From NCBI RefSeq assembly GCF_003334255.1, contig NZ_QOWU01000010.1: a stretch of DNA of 64,000 bases; one strand, written 5' to 3'. The translations under genes and the position numbers were made by a program. Origin of the DNA: Escherichia coli. Its GTDB lineage: Bacteria > Pseudomonadota > Gammaproteobacteria > Enterobacterales > Enterobacteriaceae. The notes beneath the pieces are model-generated. The model saw nothing but the letters and a program-made list of their open reading frames with translations, had not been told where the DNA came from and searched no databases. The first letter of the stretch is position 1, and each line of letters opens with the position of its first letter. Below, one piece after another: positions 34,140 through 43,191 of the stretch.

Positions 34140-35369
34140 GTGAGCAGAGCAATGAACAAACTGAGCGATACCTTGCTAAGGAAACTTCATGGTAAGCCAG
34201 CGGAGAAAAACACGTTTTATAGTGATGGCGGAAACCTGAGCGTGAAATATTTAACATCAGGGAAATTGACCTGGTATTTCACATACAGGGCCGGAACGGG
34301 AAGGGAGACACGACCCGAACGCATTAAGCTGGGAAGTTATCCTGATCTGAGCCTGAAAGCAGCCAGGGAAAAAGCCGCACAGTGTCGCACATGGCTGGCT
34401 GAGGGGAAAAATCCACGTCATGAGATGAATTACACCGTACAGGAAGCGTTAAAGCCCGTAACGGTTGGCGATGCGCTCACCTACTGGCTTGAGTATTACG
34501 TAAAGGAAAACCGCGTGGATTATATCGCCCTGAAAAGGCGACTTAATAATCACGTAATACAGCAGATTGGTGCTATGCCGCTGGATAAATGCGAGCTACG
34601 GCACTGGCTGGCCTGTTTTGACCAGGTGGCAAAGCGAACGCCTGTTACTGCCGGATTCGTGCTACAGGCGTGCAAACAGGCGCTTAAGTTCTGCCGTAGG
34701 CGGCGCTATGCAATCAGCAACGTTCTGGACGATCTGAACGTGGCGGACGTTGGGAAAAAACCGGATATAAGCGAACGTGTCTTAAGTAACAAAGAACTTG
34801 GCGAATTATTGCAGGCACTGGACAAAAAAATATTTTCCCCTTACTACGTCGCGTTAATCCGCCTCCTGATTGTCTTCGGAGCCAGGACGGTAGAACTGAG
34901 GCTATCGGAGATCGGGGAGTGGGATTTTACGGAAATGCTATGGACCGTTCCGAAGGAGCACAGCAAAACGAAGGTCGCAATATTCCGGCCCATACCGGAA
35001 GCGATCCTGCCGTTCGTCACGCAGCTGGTGGAGCAGAACAGGCACACGGGCTTATTGCTGGGGGAAGTGAAACAGGAGGCCAGCGTATCGCAGTATGGAA
35101 GATTAGCGCACAGGAGGCTTAATCATCCTCACTGGTCACTGCATGACATCCGGCGCACCTTTACAACCATGCTGAACGATTTAGGCGTTGATCCGCATGT
35201 CGTGGAGCAGCTTACAGGTCATCAGATGCCAGGAATGCAGCGAGTTTATAATCATTCCCGTTATCTGGATGCTAAACGCAATGCGCTGGATATGTGGATG
35301 GAGCGGTTAGGGATACTGGCGGGAACACATGAAAACGTAACCACGCTACCAGTAGCCAGAAGAAAATAA
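34140..35369 (+). CDS. int: Tyrosine integrase, P4-type (DUF4102 arm-binding N-terminal domain plus catalytic domain ending ...HDIRRTF...Y), 409 aa from GTG
   Basis: N-terminal KLSDTLLRKLHGKPAEKNTFYSDGGNLSVKYLTSGKLTWYF resembles the P4 integrase family N-terminus; C-terminal HxxRRT and downstream Tyr; GTG at 34140 has a GAGGGGG RBS (alternative ATG at 34152). Confidence 0.88.
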   Translation: MSRAMNKLSDTLLRKLHGKPAEKNTFYSDGGNLSVKYLTSGKLTWYFTYRAGTGRETRPERIKLGSYPDLSLKAAREKAAQCRTWLAEGKNPRHEMNYTVQEALKPVTVGDALTYWLEYYVKENRVDYIALKRRLNNHVIQQIGAMPLDKCELRHWLACFDQVAKRTPVTAGFVLQACKQALKFCRRRRYAISNVLDDLNVADVGKKPDISERVLSNKELGELLQALDKKIFSPYYVALIRLLIVFGARTVELRLSEIGEWDFTEMLWTVPKEHSKTKVAIFRPIPEAILPFVTQLVEQNRHTGLLLGEVKQEASVSQYGRLAHRRLNHPHWSLHDIRRTFTTMLNDLGVDPHVVEQLTGHQMPGMQRVYNHSRYLDAKRNALDMWMERLGILAGTHENVTTLPVARRK

Positions 35370-35743
35370 TTTTTTTCGTGTTTTTTCAGTATGCGCATAC
35401 TGGATATGCGAACAGATACAACATGCAACAATGAGCAACAATGCGGAACAACTACGAACAAGAGACGAAAAAGTGTACGGATTTATAAGTAGCTGATTTT
35501 TAATGTGTTACTGGTTTTTTATACACTAGCGAATCACTCTTTAAATAGCGAGAAAAAAGGCATGAAACAATATTTTATGCCTTTGTATTAACATGAATTT
35601 AAATGATTTTATCCTGATTATTCCTGTTTCTGTAAACCATACGACCTCAACATTTGCCAACTCTGAATCATCCTGACACAATCAGACACATCCCAACGCA
35701 ATAGAACACGAAATAACTCTTTAAGAAACGAAAGGGGGCAATA

Positions 35744-35932
35744 GTGTTAAGCACTGATCGGTTTATACGTGAAAAAGAATGCGAAAAGCTAACAGGCCTT
35801 AGCCGCTCATGCCGCTACCGCCTGGAAAAGGCCGGACAATTCCCATCACGTCGTAAACTTGGCGGTCGTTCCGTTGGCTGGTCTTTATCCGAGGTTCTGG
35901 CCTGGAAGGATAGCTGCAAGGCAGTTCATTAA
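35744..35932 (+). CDS. alpA: AlpA-family transcriptional regulator / excisionase-like HTH protein (62 aa, GTG start)
   Basis: LSTDRFIREKECEKLTGLSRSCRYRLEKAGQFPSRRKLGGRSVGWSLSEVLAWKDS fits the AlpA/Vis-type small HTH family; RBS AGGGGG 5 nt upstream. Confidence 0.75.
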   Translation: MLSTDRFIREKECEKLTGLSRSCRYRLEKAGQFPSRRKLGGRSVGWSLSEVLAWKDSCKAVH

Positions 35933-36432
35933 TCACGCTGGCGGCACACAGCCGCCACACATCAATCATCTGAACACAGAGCTATAACCATGAAGATTGA
36001 ATATACGCCAGAACGTGGGCGGGGATTCGTTCGCCCTGGTGAGACTGGAAAACCACAAAATTGGGGTTTTTCAGGCATAAAAAAAGCGGCCCCGAAATGG
36101 AGCCGCCTTTCTGAACAGATAACACGCTGCGCCGTTTGTGTGTGTGATCCCAAACATAAGCACGGGGATGATAGCCGCTATCAGGCTGGTGGGCAATGCA
36201 ATCAGTCTGGTTCAGTTCGTTGCCATACCTGCAATGAGCGCTTTTCCCTGTACTCTTTAAGGAATTGCTCAAGGGCAAAAGCACATGGCGCGAATCTTTC
36301 TGATTCATGCTCTATCTTTCTGCGCCGTCTTTTCCGTGCCGGTGATAATGTTTTGGTCAATTCTTTATCGGTCATTGTGTTGTCCTGCATAGCAATGCGC
36401 CGTAATACCTCACACCACGGCGCTGATAGTGA

Positions 36433-36738
36433 TTATTCTGATTCTTTGGCCTTGCGGCGCTGTAGTTCTTCACGAGCGATGGCGATAAGTTGCCCGAGTT
36501 CTTCCGTAGCTTTAATACCAATTTTTTCCACTTGCGCCAATGCATCGAGAGAAGAAATCAGAGGATTTTCACTGCTTCCTTCTGCCTGGCGGCGGGCGAT
36601 CTCCCCGCGCATGGCGGTTACTATGAATCCGGCGTTGCTTTCGCCGTCCAGTTTTACGGATTCCATGCCATCAAAAGCATCATGTGGGATACGAATTGAA
36701 ATCTGTTTTGATTTGTCGTTGATAGTGTTTTTTGCCAT
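36433..36738 (-). CDS. Hypothetical protein (101 aa), leftward-transcribed; candidate island regulator
   Basis: Start at Met 14 of the ORF, with AGGAGA RBS 7 nt upstream; the only clearly leftward gene in the island, divergent from the replication operon; function unknown. Confidence 0.5.
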   Translation of the reverse strand: MAKNTINDKSKQISIRIPHDAFDGMESVKLDGESNAGFIVTAMRGEIARRQAEGSSENPLISSLDALAQVEKIGIKATEELGQLIAIAREELQRRKAKESE

Positions 36739-36925
36739 GTGCATTCTCCTAAACAAAAGATGTGATTCAGTATACACAAAAAAGAATCACAAAAAACACT
36801 TGACCTGTGATTCAGTTGAATTTAATTTAAATCACACCTCAGTAAGAGGATGTAAACGACAACGCCCCGAACTGTTTGCGGCAGTAGCGGGGCGTCTAAC
36901 CAAACCGTTAACAGGAGTAACGATT

Positions 36926-37123
36926 ATGGCTGGAACACAGCATACCCCACGTCTGGCGCACACACAAACTGCCTTTGTGTGGCGTTTTCTGGCACTAAGT
37001 GCCGGAGAATCTCAAATCATCCACGTAACCGCCTGGACGGAACGCGAAGCGCGTAGCCGTTGCCCGTCCGGTTGTGTTGCTGTATTCGCCGCCCGTATTC
37101 GTCAGGGGGTGTGCCATGCCTGA
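36926..37123 (+). CDS. Small protein (65 aa), first gene of rightward operon; possibly Icd-like (function uncertain)
   Basis: ATG at 36926 preceded by AGGAG RBS (ACAGGAGTAACGATTATG); C-terminal part of the spurious long ORF 35990-37123; stop overlaps next gene start. Confidence 0.5.
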   Translation: MAGTQHTPRLAHTQTAFVWRFLALSAGESQIIHVTAWTEREARSRCPSGCVAVFAARIRQGVCHA

Positions 37124-37436
37124 CATGACCAATTACCAGTACCTGATTAATCCGCATTTTAACTGTGAGCATGATATTGCTAAAAAGGTTTATTCCGCTG
37201 CGGATGGGGCTACTGACAATATATCAATGGCTGTTTCGTCAATTGGTAGCCTGATGTGGTATGCGTCAGAAAATAAGGAATATGACGAAAAGGCCATGCG
37301 CATTGATATGGGTAATATTGGTTTGTTACTGGCAATGCTTGGACATTTTGATATTTCGTTACGGTGCACCATTGAAAATGCCACAGATGCATTAAATGCT
37401 ATAAAGAAAGCGAATACTGATTCAAATCGGGGATAA
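37116..37436 (+). CDS. Hypothetical protein (106 aa)
   Basis: ATG at 37116 overlapping the upstream stop (translational coupling); no recognisable motif. Confidence 0.5.
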   Translation: MPDMTNYQYLINPHFNCEHDIAKKVYSAADGATDNISMAVSSIGSLMWYASENKEYDEKAMRIDMGNIGLLLAMLGHFDISLRCTIENATDALNAIKKANTDSNRG

Positions 37437-37442
37437 ATAATC

Positions 37443-37742
37443 ATGAGAACGTATTTATCTGGCTTTACTGCCAGCGGTTATGCACACCCCAAAATTATCC
37501 CCGGCGCTATTTATCTGGATAAGAACGGTAACAGAGTAACGGTAAAAGAACTGATGTTTGACCGTGTGTATTTTATTCGTGATGGCTATTCATTTCATAG
37601 TTCGCTGAACGTGGAGATCTTTATTAGCAGATTCCGGCGGGAAATCCCGCTTTCCAGAAATAACCATGTGTCATGTATGGATGTTGATAAAAAACTACAG
37701 GAACTGAAAAACATGATTGCCGCGTGGAGAGAGCAGAAATGA
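37443..37742 (+). CDS. Hypothetical protein (99 aa)
   Basis: ORF directly upstream of and overlapping the primase gene start; no recognisable motif. Confidence 0.5.
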   Translation: MRTYLSGFTASGYAHPKIIPGAIYLDKNGNRVTVKELMFDRVYFIRDGYSFHSSLNVEIFISRFRREIPLSRNNHVSCMDVDKKLQELKNMIAAWREQK

Positions 37743-39556
37743 AAAAAGCGCCAAATTTAAAACACCAGCCGCGTGACAAAATGACGGAAGTCATCATTTT
37801 TGCGGGTAGTGATGCGTGGGCACATGCGAAGCAGTGGCAGGAACAGGACGGGCGACTGGCTGGCGATAACGTGCCACCTGTCTGGCTTGGAGAGCAACAA
37901 CTTGCCGAACTGGACAACCTGCAAATCGTACCGGACGGACGCTATCGCGTGCGTCTCTACCAGGCGGGGTTATTGCGTCCGGGGCTTGTTAATACCATCG
38001 GGCAGAAACTGGCAGCGGCAGGTGTCAGGGATGCTGATTATTACCCTGAAGGAATGCACAGCCAGAAACGGGAGAACTGGCGCGAATATCTGGAACGTGA
38101 GCGGGGAGAGCTGGCGGAAAAGAAAAAGGTAGTTGAACTGCCTGTAAAGAAAAAAGAGCGGGTAAAAGACGATAACGCTTCATCACTGGCGCTTAACCAG
38201 ATGGGAGCAAGTCAACGCGGCGAAGTTCTCCTGGCACATTATGGCGGTGAACTGGCGATTCATGCTGACTCTGACACTGTTCACTATTACAACGGCGTTG
38301 TATGGGAGCCAGTACAGGATAAAGAATTACAGCGAGCTATGGCGCAGATTTTCATTGATGCGGAGATCAGCTATTCGCAGAACGCCATTAAATCGGCGGT
38401 CGATACCATGAAGTTAAGTTTGCCTGTAATGGGGAATACAGCCCGTAACCTGATTGGATTCAGTAACGGTGTTTTTGATACCCGGACAGGCGATTTTCGG
38501 GAGCATAACAAAAACGACTGGTTGTTAATTGCCAGTGAATTACCTTTCAGCCCACCAGCAGAGGGGGAAACGCTGGCAACACATGCGCCGAATTTCTGGA
38601 AGTGGTTACGCCGTTCGGTGGCTGAGAATGACCGCAAGGCGGATCGCGTACTGGCTGCATTATTCATGGTGCTGGCGAACCGGTACGACTGGCAGTTATT
38701 CATTGAGGTAACAGGTCCAGGGGGAAGTGGTAAAAGCGTGATGGCGGAGATTTGCACCATGCTGGCGGGTAAGGCCAACACGGTATCGGCAAGCATGAAG
38801 GCGCTGGAAGATGCCAGGGAACGCGCGTTAGTGGTTGGCTTTTCGCTGATTATCATGCCGGATATGACCCGTTACGCTGGTGATGGCGCAGGAATTAAGG
38901 CCATTACAGGCGGTGACAAGGTGGCAATCGACCCGAAGCATAAAGCCCCCTACTCAACACGCATTCAGGCGGTAGTGTTGGCGGTGAACAATAACGCCAT
39001 GTCATTCAGTGACCGCAGCGGGGGGATTTCACGTCGTCGGGTGATATTCAATTTTTCGGAGGTTGTACCGGAAAACGAACGCGACCCCATGCTGGCAGAA
39101 AAAATAGAAGGAGAGCTGGCGGTTGTGATTCGCCACCTGCTTACTCGTTTTTCTGACCAGGACGCAGCTAAACGCCTGCTGTATGAGCAGCAGAAATCAG
39201 AAGAAGCTCTGGTGATAAAACGCGAGGGCGATTCGCTGGTGGACTTCTGCGGCTATCTCATGTCGTCGGTAATGTGTGATGGTCTGTTAGTGGGTAATGC
39301 CGAAATTATTCCGTTCAGTCCGCGCAGGTATCTTTATCACGCCTATCTGGCATATATGAGGGCACACGGATTCGGTAAACCTGTAACACTGACGCGCTTC
39401 GGTAAAGATATGCCGGGGGCAATGGCGGAATATGGCAGGGAGTATATGAAACGGAAAACGAAGCACGGTTTGCGTTCAAACGTGACACTGACGGAGGAAT
39501 CAGAAGACTGGATGCCATCATGTGTATCGGTCACTAATGACGATAGCAAAAATTAA
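37739..39556 (+). CDS. Primase / replication initiator with P4/D5-type NTPase domain (605 aa)
   Basis: Walker A VTGPGGSGKS and downstream Walker B-like hydrophobic-acidic stretch in the C-terminal half (P4-family primase C-terminal domain architecture); GGAGAG RBS before ATG 37739; followed by an iteron array. Confidence 0.75.
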   Translation: MKKAPNLKHQPRDKMTEVIIFAGSDAWAHAKQWQEQDGRLAGDNVPPVWLGEQQLAELDNLQIVPDGRYRVRLYQAGLLRPGLVNTIGQKLAAAGVRDADYYPEGMHSQKRENWREYLERERGELAEKKKVVELPVKKKERVKDDNASSLALNQMGASQRGEVLLAHYGGELAIHADSDTVHYYNGVVWEPVQDKELQRAMAQIFIDAEISYSQNAIKSAVDTMKLSLPVMGNTARNLIGFSNGVFDTRTGDFREHNKNDWLLIASELPFSPPAEGETLATHAPNFWKWLRRSVAENDRKADRVLAALFMVLANRYDWQLFIEVTGPGGSGKSVMAEICTMLAGKANTVSASMKALEDARERALVVGFSLIIMPDMTRYAGDGAGIKAITGGDKVAIDPKHKAPYSTRIQAVVLAVNNNAMSFSDRSGGISRRRVIFNFSEVVPENERDPMLAEKIEGELAVVIRHLLTRFSDQDAAKRLLYEQQKSEEALVIKREGDSLVDFCGYLMSSVMCDGLLVGNAEIIPFSPRRYLYHAYLAYMRAHGFGKPVTLTRFGKDMPGAMAEYGREYMKRKTKHGLRSNVTLTEESEDWMPSCVSVTNDDSKN

Positions 39557-39569
39557 ACTTATGGAATAA

Positions 39570-39792
39570 CTGTTCACCACTGTTCACCCTGTCATAAATA
39601 TCTTTTGTATCAGTATGTTATAGGGTGAACAGTTATTTATGAACTGTTCACCAAACTATTCACTGTTCACCTTTTTGATTGTTTATTGAGCTTCAAGGGT
39701 GAACAGTGGTGAATAGTTGGTGAATAGTTTTTGTGAAACTGTTCACCCCTTAACATTATGAATTAAAAGATAAAATATCAAAAGGTGAACAG
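39570..39792. repeat. Iteron array (at least 8 copies of CTGTTCACC / GGTGAACAG in both orientations): candidate island replication origin
   Basis: Copies at 39570, 39580, 39624(inv), 39644, 39663, 39698(inv), 39739, 39784(inv) plus GGTGAATAG variants at 39708 and 39718, in AT-rich DNA just after the primase gene. Confidence 0.65.
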
Positions 39793-39843
39793 GTGAAGGG
39801 TTAAAACGCAAAAATTTTAATTTACTGCTGTGAGATAAAGCCT

Positions 39844-40089
39844 ATGACAGCGAAGCACACAAAAAAATCACAATCGCACGCCCTTGATTTGACGGAACAC
39901 TGGTTAAGGGTGTCGATAAAAATCATCGACCGCAACGCCGGGGAAGGATATGCGAAAGCACATCCCGAACTGATTAGCTCATTCATGACAACGGCAGCTG
40001 CAAACTTTGCCACGCTGACAGAACGGGAGATTGCCGAAGCGGAACAGGTGACAACCATCAACGTTAAAACCGGAGAGCAGACAGCATGA
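39844..40089 (+). CDS. Hypothetical protein (81 aa)
   Basis: ORF immediately upstream of and overlapping the ssb start (ATGA overlap); weak RBS. Confidence 0.4.
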   Translation: MTAKHTKKSQSHALDLTEHWLRVSIKIIDRNAGEGYAKAHPELISSFMTTAAANFATLTEREIAEAEQVTTINVKTGEQTA

Positions 40090-40496
40090 CAGCACAGATA
40101 GCAGCTTACGGGCGGCTGGTGGACGACCCGCAGGTAAAACAGACCAGTAAGGGCACACCGATGACGCTGGCGCGTATGGCGGTATCGTTGCCATGTAGTC
40201 AGGCGCAGGATGGGCAGGCGACGTTATGGCTATCGGTCATCGCATTTGGTAAGCAGGCCGACTTCCTGGCTAAACATCAAAAAGGCGACGTTGCCAGCGT
40301 ATCCGGCACGATGCAGGTCAGCCAGTGGACCGGACAGAACGGGGAAACGCGGCAGGGTTATCAGGTTATTGCAGACAGCGTAATCAGTGCCCGTGCGGCA
40401 CGTCCTGGCGGGAACAGACGCAAAACCACAGGCACACAGGGTAATCAGCCACCAGCGGGAGGCGATGACCCTTACGGTGACGGTATTCCGTTCTGA
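40086..40496 (+). CDS. ssb: Single-stranded DNA-binding protein (136 aa)
   Basis: OB-fold-like N-terminal region, Gly/Pro/Gln-rich linker and acidic C-terminal tail ...DDPYGDGIPF, the hallmark SSB protein-interaction tail. Confidence 0.75.
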   Translation: MTAQIAAYGRLVDDPQVKQTSKGTPMTLARMAVSLPCSQAQDGQATLWLSVIAFGKQADFLAKHQKGDVASVSGTMQVSQWTGQNGETRQGYQVIADSVISARAARPGGNRRKTTGTQGNQPPAGGDDPYGDGIPF

Positions 40497-40506
40497 GGGG
40501 GTGGCG

Positions 40507-40779
40507 ATGGTACATGACCGCATAGCGGAAGAACTCGAGGCGAAAGGCTTTTACCGGAGGGCGGCGGCGCGATGGGGTGAAGTCATGCTGCTGGTGGAGA
40601 CAGACAAGGAACGGCATCAGGTTACGATGCGACGGCTGGAATGTTCCAGGAAGGCACAGAAGCCACCGGAGCCGCCGGATAACTTCGGAGACCTGAGAAA
40701 GGCAGTAGATCGCACTTATGCTGAAATGGGTATAGATGGTGTAAGCGATGAAATATGGCGTAATTACCCAGACAGCTAA
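40507..40779 (+). CDS. PerC-family-like small transcriptional activator (90 aa)
   Basis: MVHDRIAEELEAKGFYRRAAARWGEVM... resembles the conserved PerC motif (LEAxGxxRRAAxRW) as I remember it; GAGGGGG RBS. Confidence 0.5.
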   Translation: MVHDRIAEELEAKGFYRRAAARWGEVMLLVETDKERHQVTMRRLECSRKAQKPPEPPDNFGDLRKAVDRTYAEMGIDGVSDEIWRNYPDS

Positions 40780-40784
40780 TCAAC

Positions 40785-40808
40785 AGCCGGAGAAATCCGG
40801 CTTTTTTT
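40785..40808 (+). terminator. Intrinsic terminator
   Basis: AGCCGGAGAAATCCGGCT followed by TTTTTTT. Confidence 0.65.
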
Positions 40809-40903
40809 GCACCAGTTGAAACGGTATGGCGCATTACCGGGTTTTCGTCACGGTCAGGCATAGTTACTATCTGAAACAAACAGACACAACAGAGGAAAAA
40901 ACA

Positions 40904-41128
40904 ATGCCGATGAAATTTGATGAGATATTAAAACAGCGTGATAAATACCATGCTGACAACATGGAGACGATGAGCATCAATGATTACCGCGCATTCCTGG
41001 AGACGGGCGCACTGATTGAAAAGGATCAGCATGGTTTTGTGAGATGTGCTCTGTCCGGTGAAATGCTGGCGGTAAATCCTGAACAGATAGATGCATTGAT
41101 AGAATTTCTGAAAGGGATCAGGGACTGA
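40904..41128 (+). CDS. Hypothetical protein (74 aa)
   Basis: Start at internal Met with GAGGAAAAAACA-ATG RBS; followed by a terminator almost identical to the one at 40785. Confidence 0.45.
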   Translation: MPMKFDEILKQRDKYHADNMETMSINDYRAFLETGALIEKDQHGFVRCALSGEMLAVNPEQIDALIEFLKGIRD

Positions 41129-41138
41129 GCACGCATAC

Positions 41139-41160
41139 AGCCGGAGCAATCCGGCTTTTT
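41139..41160 (+). terminator. Intrinsic terminator (near-duplicate of 40785-40808)
   Basis: AGCCGGAGCAATCCGGCT followed by TTTTT. Confidence 0.65.
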
Positions 41161-41420
41161 GTCATTTTTTGTAAATTATTTGTTCGTGGTTGTTCCACGT
41201 TGTTCACTGACAGGATCGGCATATTTTACCCGAACTGAATCATGAGTATTCTCGCCCGTGGTGCCAGGACGCTGGGGCCACTTTCCCGCCTGTTAATGTG
41301 CTCGCCAATATTCATTACCAGGCGGGAAAACGATCGGTGCGATTGCTGATTTCCTTATGAAAAACGGTTGAGTTTTTGCCGCGTCCTGGAGTTCCTTACT
41401 TAACCCCAGGACTTTTTTTT

Positions 41421-42578
41421 ATGCCGAGAATAATCGAATTACGCCAGCAGAAAACCGCCATTAAAAATCAGATGCGCGACATGCTGGAGAACGCGGAAAA
41501 AGAAAACCGCAGCCTTAACGATGCAGAGGGCGCAAAATTTGACGAATTACGCGCTAAAGCTGAATCCCTCGATAAAGACATTTCCCGCCTTGAAGCCATT
41601 GCAGACGAAGAGCGCAGCAAGCCAGGTAAAAGCAGCCAGACCACTGACCCGGCAGAACTCCGCAACTACATCCTGACAGGTGAAACCCGCGCATTAAGTA
41701 CAGGCGTTCCCGCTGATGGTGGTTATACCGTTATCCCCGAACTGAACACCGAAATCATGCGAATGCTGACGGATGAATCCACCATGCGCCGCATCTGTAC
41801 CGTGAAGAAAATCAGCAGCAACGAGTTTAAGCAGCTTGTTTCCGCTGGCGGTGCGACCGTTAACCACGGTGAAGAGGGTAAGACACGCGAACAGACCAGC
41901 ACCCCGCAGATTAACGAGGTGAGCATTAAGCTGTATCCGGTCTATGCGTACCCGCGCACCACACAGGAAATCGTGGATTTTTCCGATGTGGACATCCTTT
42001 CATGGCTGACGGGTGAGATTGGCGACACCTTCACGGAAACCGAAGAAAGCGATCTGGTTGTGGGCGACGGTGACAAAAAAGCAAAAGGTTTTTTATCCGT
42101 ACCCCGTGCAGAGAAGAACGACAAAGAGCGTGATTTTGGTACGTTGCAGGTAATTAAACCTTCCGAATCTCTGGCGTGGACATCTGCGGACCCGCTGATC
42201 GACCTGAAATTTGCATTACGTAAAAAATACCGCAAAAACGCGGTCTGGGTGGTTAACTCCACGACGGCGGCAAAACTTCAGAAGGTGAAGAACGCGAACG
42301 GTGATTACATCTGGCGCGACCGTTTACAGGCGGGTGATCCTGATACGTTGCTGGGCCTTCCGGTCGAATATCTGGAGTTTATGCCTGATAACGTTATTGC
42401 CCTGGGTGACTTCAAACGCGGTTACTACATTGTTGATCACGAAACAGGTGTTCGCACCAGACCGGACAACCTCACAGAGCCGGGCTTCATCAAAATTTTC
42501 ACGCAGAAATATTTAGGCGGTGGCGTGGTGGATTCGAACGCGATCAAGATTCTGGAACTGCCACAGGACGACGATTAA
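41421..42578 (+). CDS. Major capsid protein, HK97 fold, with N-terminal coiled-coil scaffolding (delta) domain (385 aa from ATG 41421)
   Basis: N-terminal coiled-coil region (IELRQQKTAIKNQMRDMLENAEKENRSLNDAEGAKFDELRAKAESLDKDISRLEAIADEE) followed by a region typical of HK97-family capsid proteins; ORF track start 41376 is a TTG extension; strong terminator follows. Confidence 0.85.
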   Translation: MPRIIELRQQKTAIKNQMRDMLENAEKENRSLNDAEGAKFDELRAKAESLDKDISRLEAIADEERSKPGKSSQTTDPAELRNYILTGETRALSTGVPADGGYTVIPELNTEIMRMLTDESTMRRICTVKKISSNEFKQLVSAGGATVNHGEEGKTREQTSTPQINEVSIKLYPVYAYPRTTQEIVDFSDVDILSWLTGEIGDTFTETEESDLVVGDGDKKAKGFLSVPRAEKNDKERDFGTLQVIKPSESLAWTSADPLIDLKFALRKKYRKNAVWVVNSTTAAKLQKVKNANGDYIWRDRLQAGDPDTLLGLPVEYLEFMPDNVIALGDFKRGYYIVDHETGVRTRPDNLTEPGFIKIFTQKYLGGGVVDSNAIKILELPQDDD

Positions 42579-42590
42579 CAGCATACAGAA

Positions 42591-42620
42591 GGGGCTTAAA
42601 AGCCCCTTTAGTGTTTTATG
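42591..42620 (+). terminator. Intrinsic terminator after major capsid gene
   Basis: GGGGCTT-AA-AAGCCCC hairpin followed by a T-rich tract. Confidence 0.65.
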
Positions 42621-42632
42621 GGTGAAAAAATT

Positions 42633-43190
42633 ATGAAGAGTATGGAAATCCGGTCATCGGAAATCACCACCAGCGCCAGCAACACGCTTACAGGCTACGT
42701 TGTTCGCTGGGATAAGCTTTCAGAGCTGCTATGGGGGGAGTTTTACGAAAAATTCCAGCGGGGAGCGTTTACTGAATGGCTTGCGGCGGGTAATGACGTT
42801 CGCGGCCTGTATGAGCATGACCACAGCATGTTGCTGGGGCGTACCCGTTCCGGCACGCTGAAACTGGAAGAGGACGAAACAGGGTTACGCTTTGAACTGA
42901 CCCCACCGGATACCAGTACAGGGCGCGACGTTATCGAACTGGTTAAGCGTGGGGACATCTCGGGGATGAGCTTTGGCTTTCGCTCCCGTAAGGATGTATG
43001 GGATACCACAACAGATCCATGCGTGCGCACCGTGCTGGTGGCGGAACTGTACGAAATTACCGTTACATCGGTACCGGCTTACCCCGATTCCGGCGTGGAG
43101 CTGGCCCGCCGTTCCCTGTATGAGCAGCACCCCGAAAAAATGCCGCGTGCGGATAATCGCCGCTGGTGGGTGGATTTAGCGGGGGTGTGA
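42633..43190 (+). CDS. Prohead maturation protease, HK97 family (S78-like), about 186 aa
   Basis: Sequence typical of HK97-type prohead proteases (GYVVRWDKLS..., YEHDHSMLLGRTRSGTL, GDISGMSFGF); start ambiguous among ATG 42618/42633/42642. Confidence 0.8.
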   Translation: MKSMEIRSSEITTSASNTLTGYVVRWDKLSELLWGEFYEKFQRGAFTEWLAAGNDVRGLYEHDHSMLLGRTRSGTLKLEEDETGLRFELTPPDTSTGRDVIELVKRGDISGMSFGFRSRKDVWDTTTDPCVRTVLVAELYEITVTSVPAYPDSGVELARRSLYEQHPEKMPRADNRRWWVDLAGV

Positions 43191-43191
43191 T

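Noticed and set aside
35370-35743. AT-rich int-alpA intergenic region with GTATGCGCATAC palindrome and a hairpin at about 35557-35592
   Set aside because: Likely holds the alpA promoter and possibly an int terminator, but the signals are too weak to place with confidence.
36202-36390. 62-aa minus-strand ORF (MQDNTMTDKELTKTLSPARKRRRRK...) downstream of the leftward island gene
   Set aside because: Could be a second gene of the leftward transcript, which has a terminator-like hairpin near 36080-36115, but the RBS is weak and there is no recognisable motif; not called.
35990-37123. 377-aa plus-strand ORF spanning the alpA-to-primase region
   Set aside because: Low-complexity, Ser/Arg/Cys-rich translation that runs antisense through the well-supported leftward gene (36433-36738) and an intergenic control region; only its last 65 codons (36926-37123) have an RBS and look like a real gene.
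39570-39792. Possible CRISPR array suggested by short repeated units
   Set aside because: Repeats are 9 bp, occur in both orientations with irregular spacing and no uniform spacers, and there are no cas genes; they are iterons.
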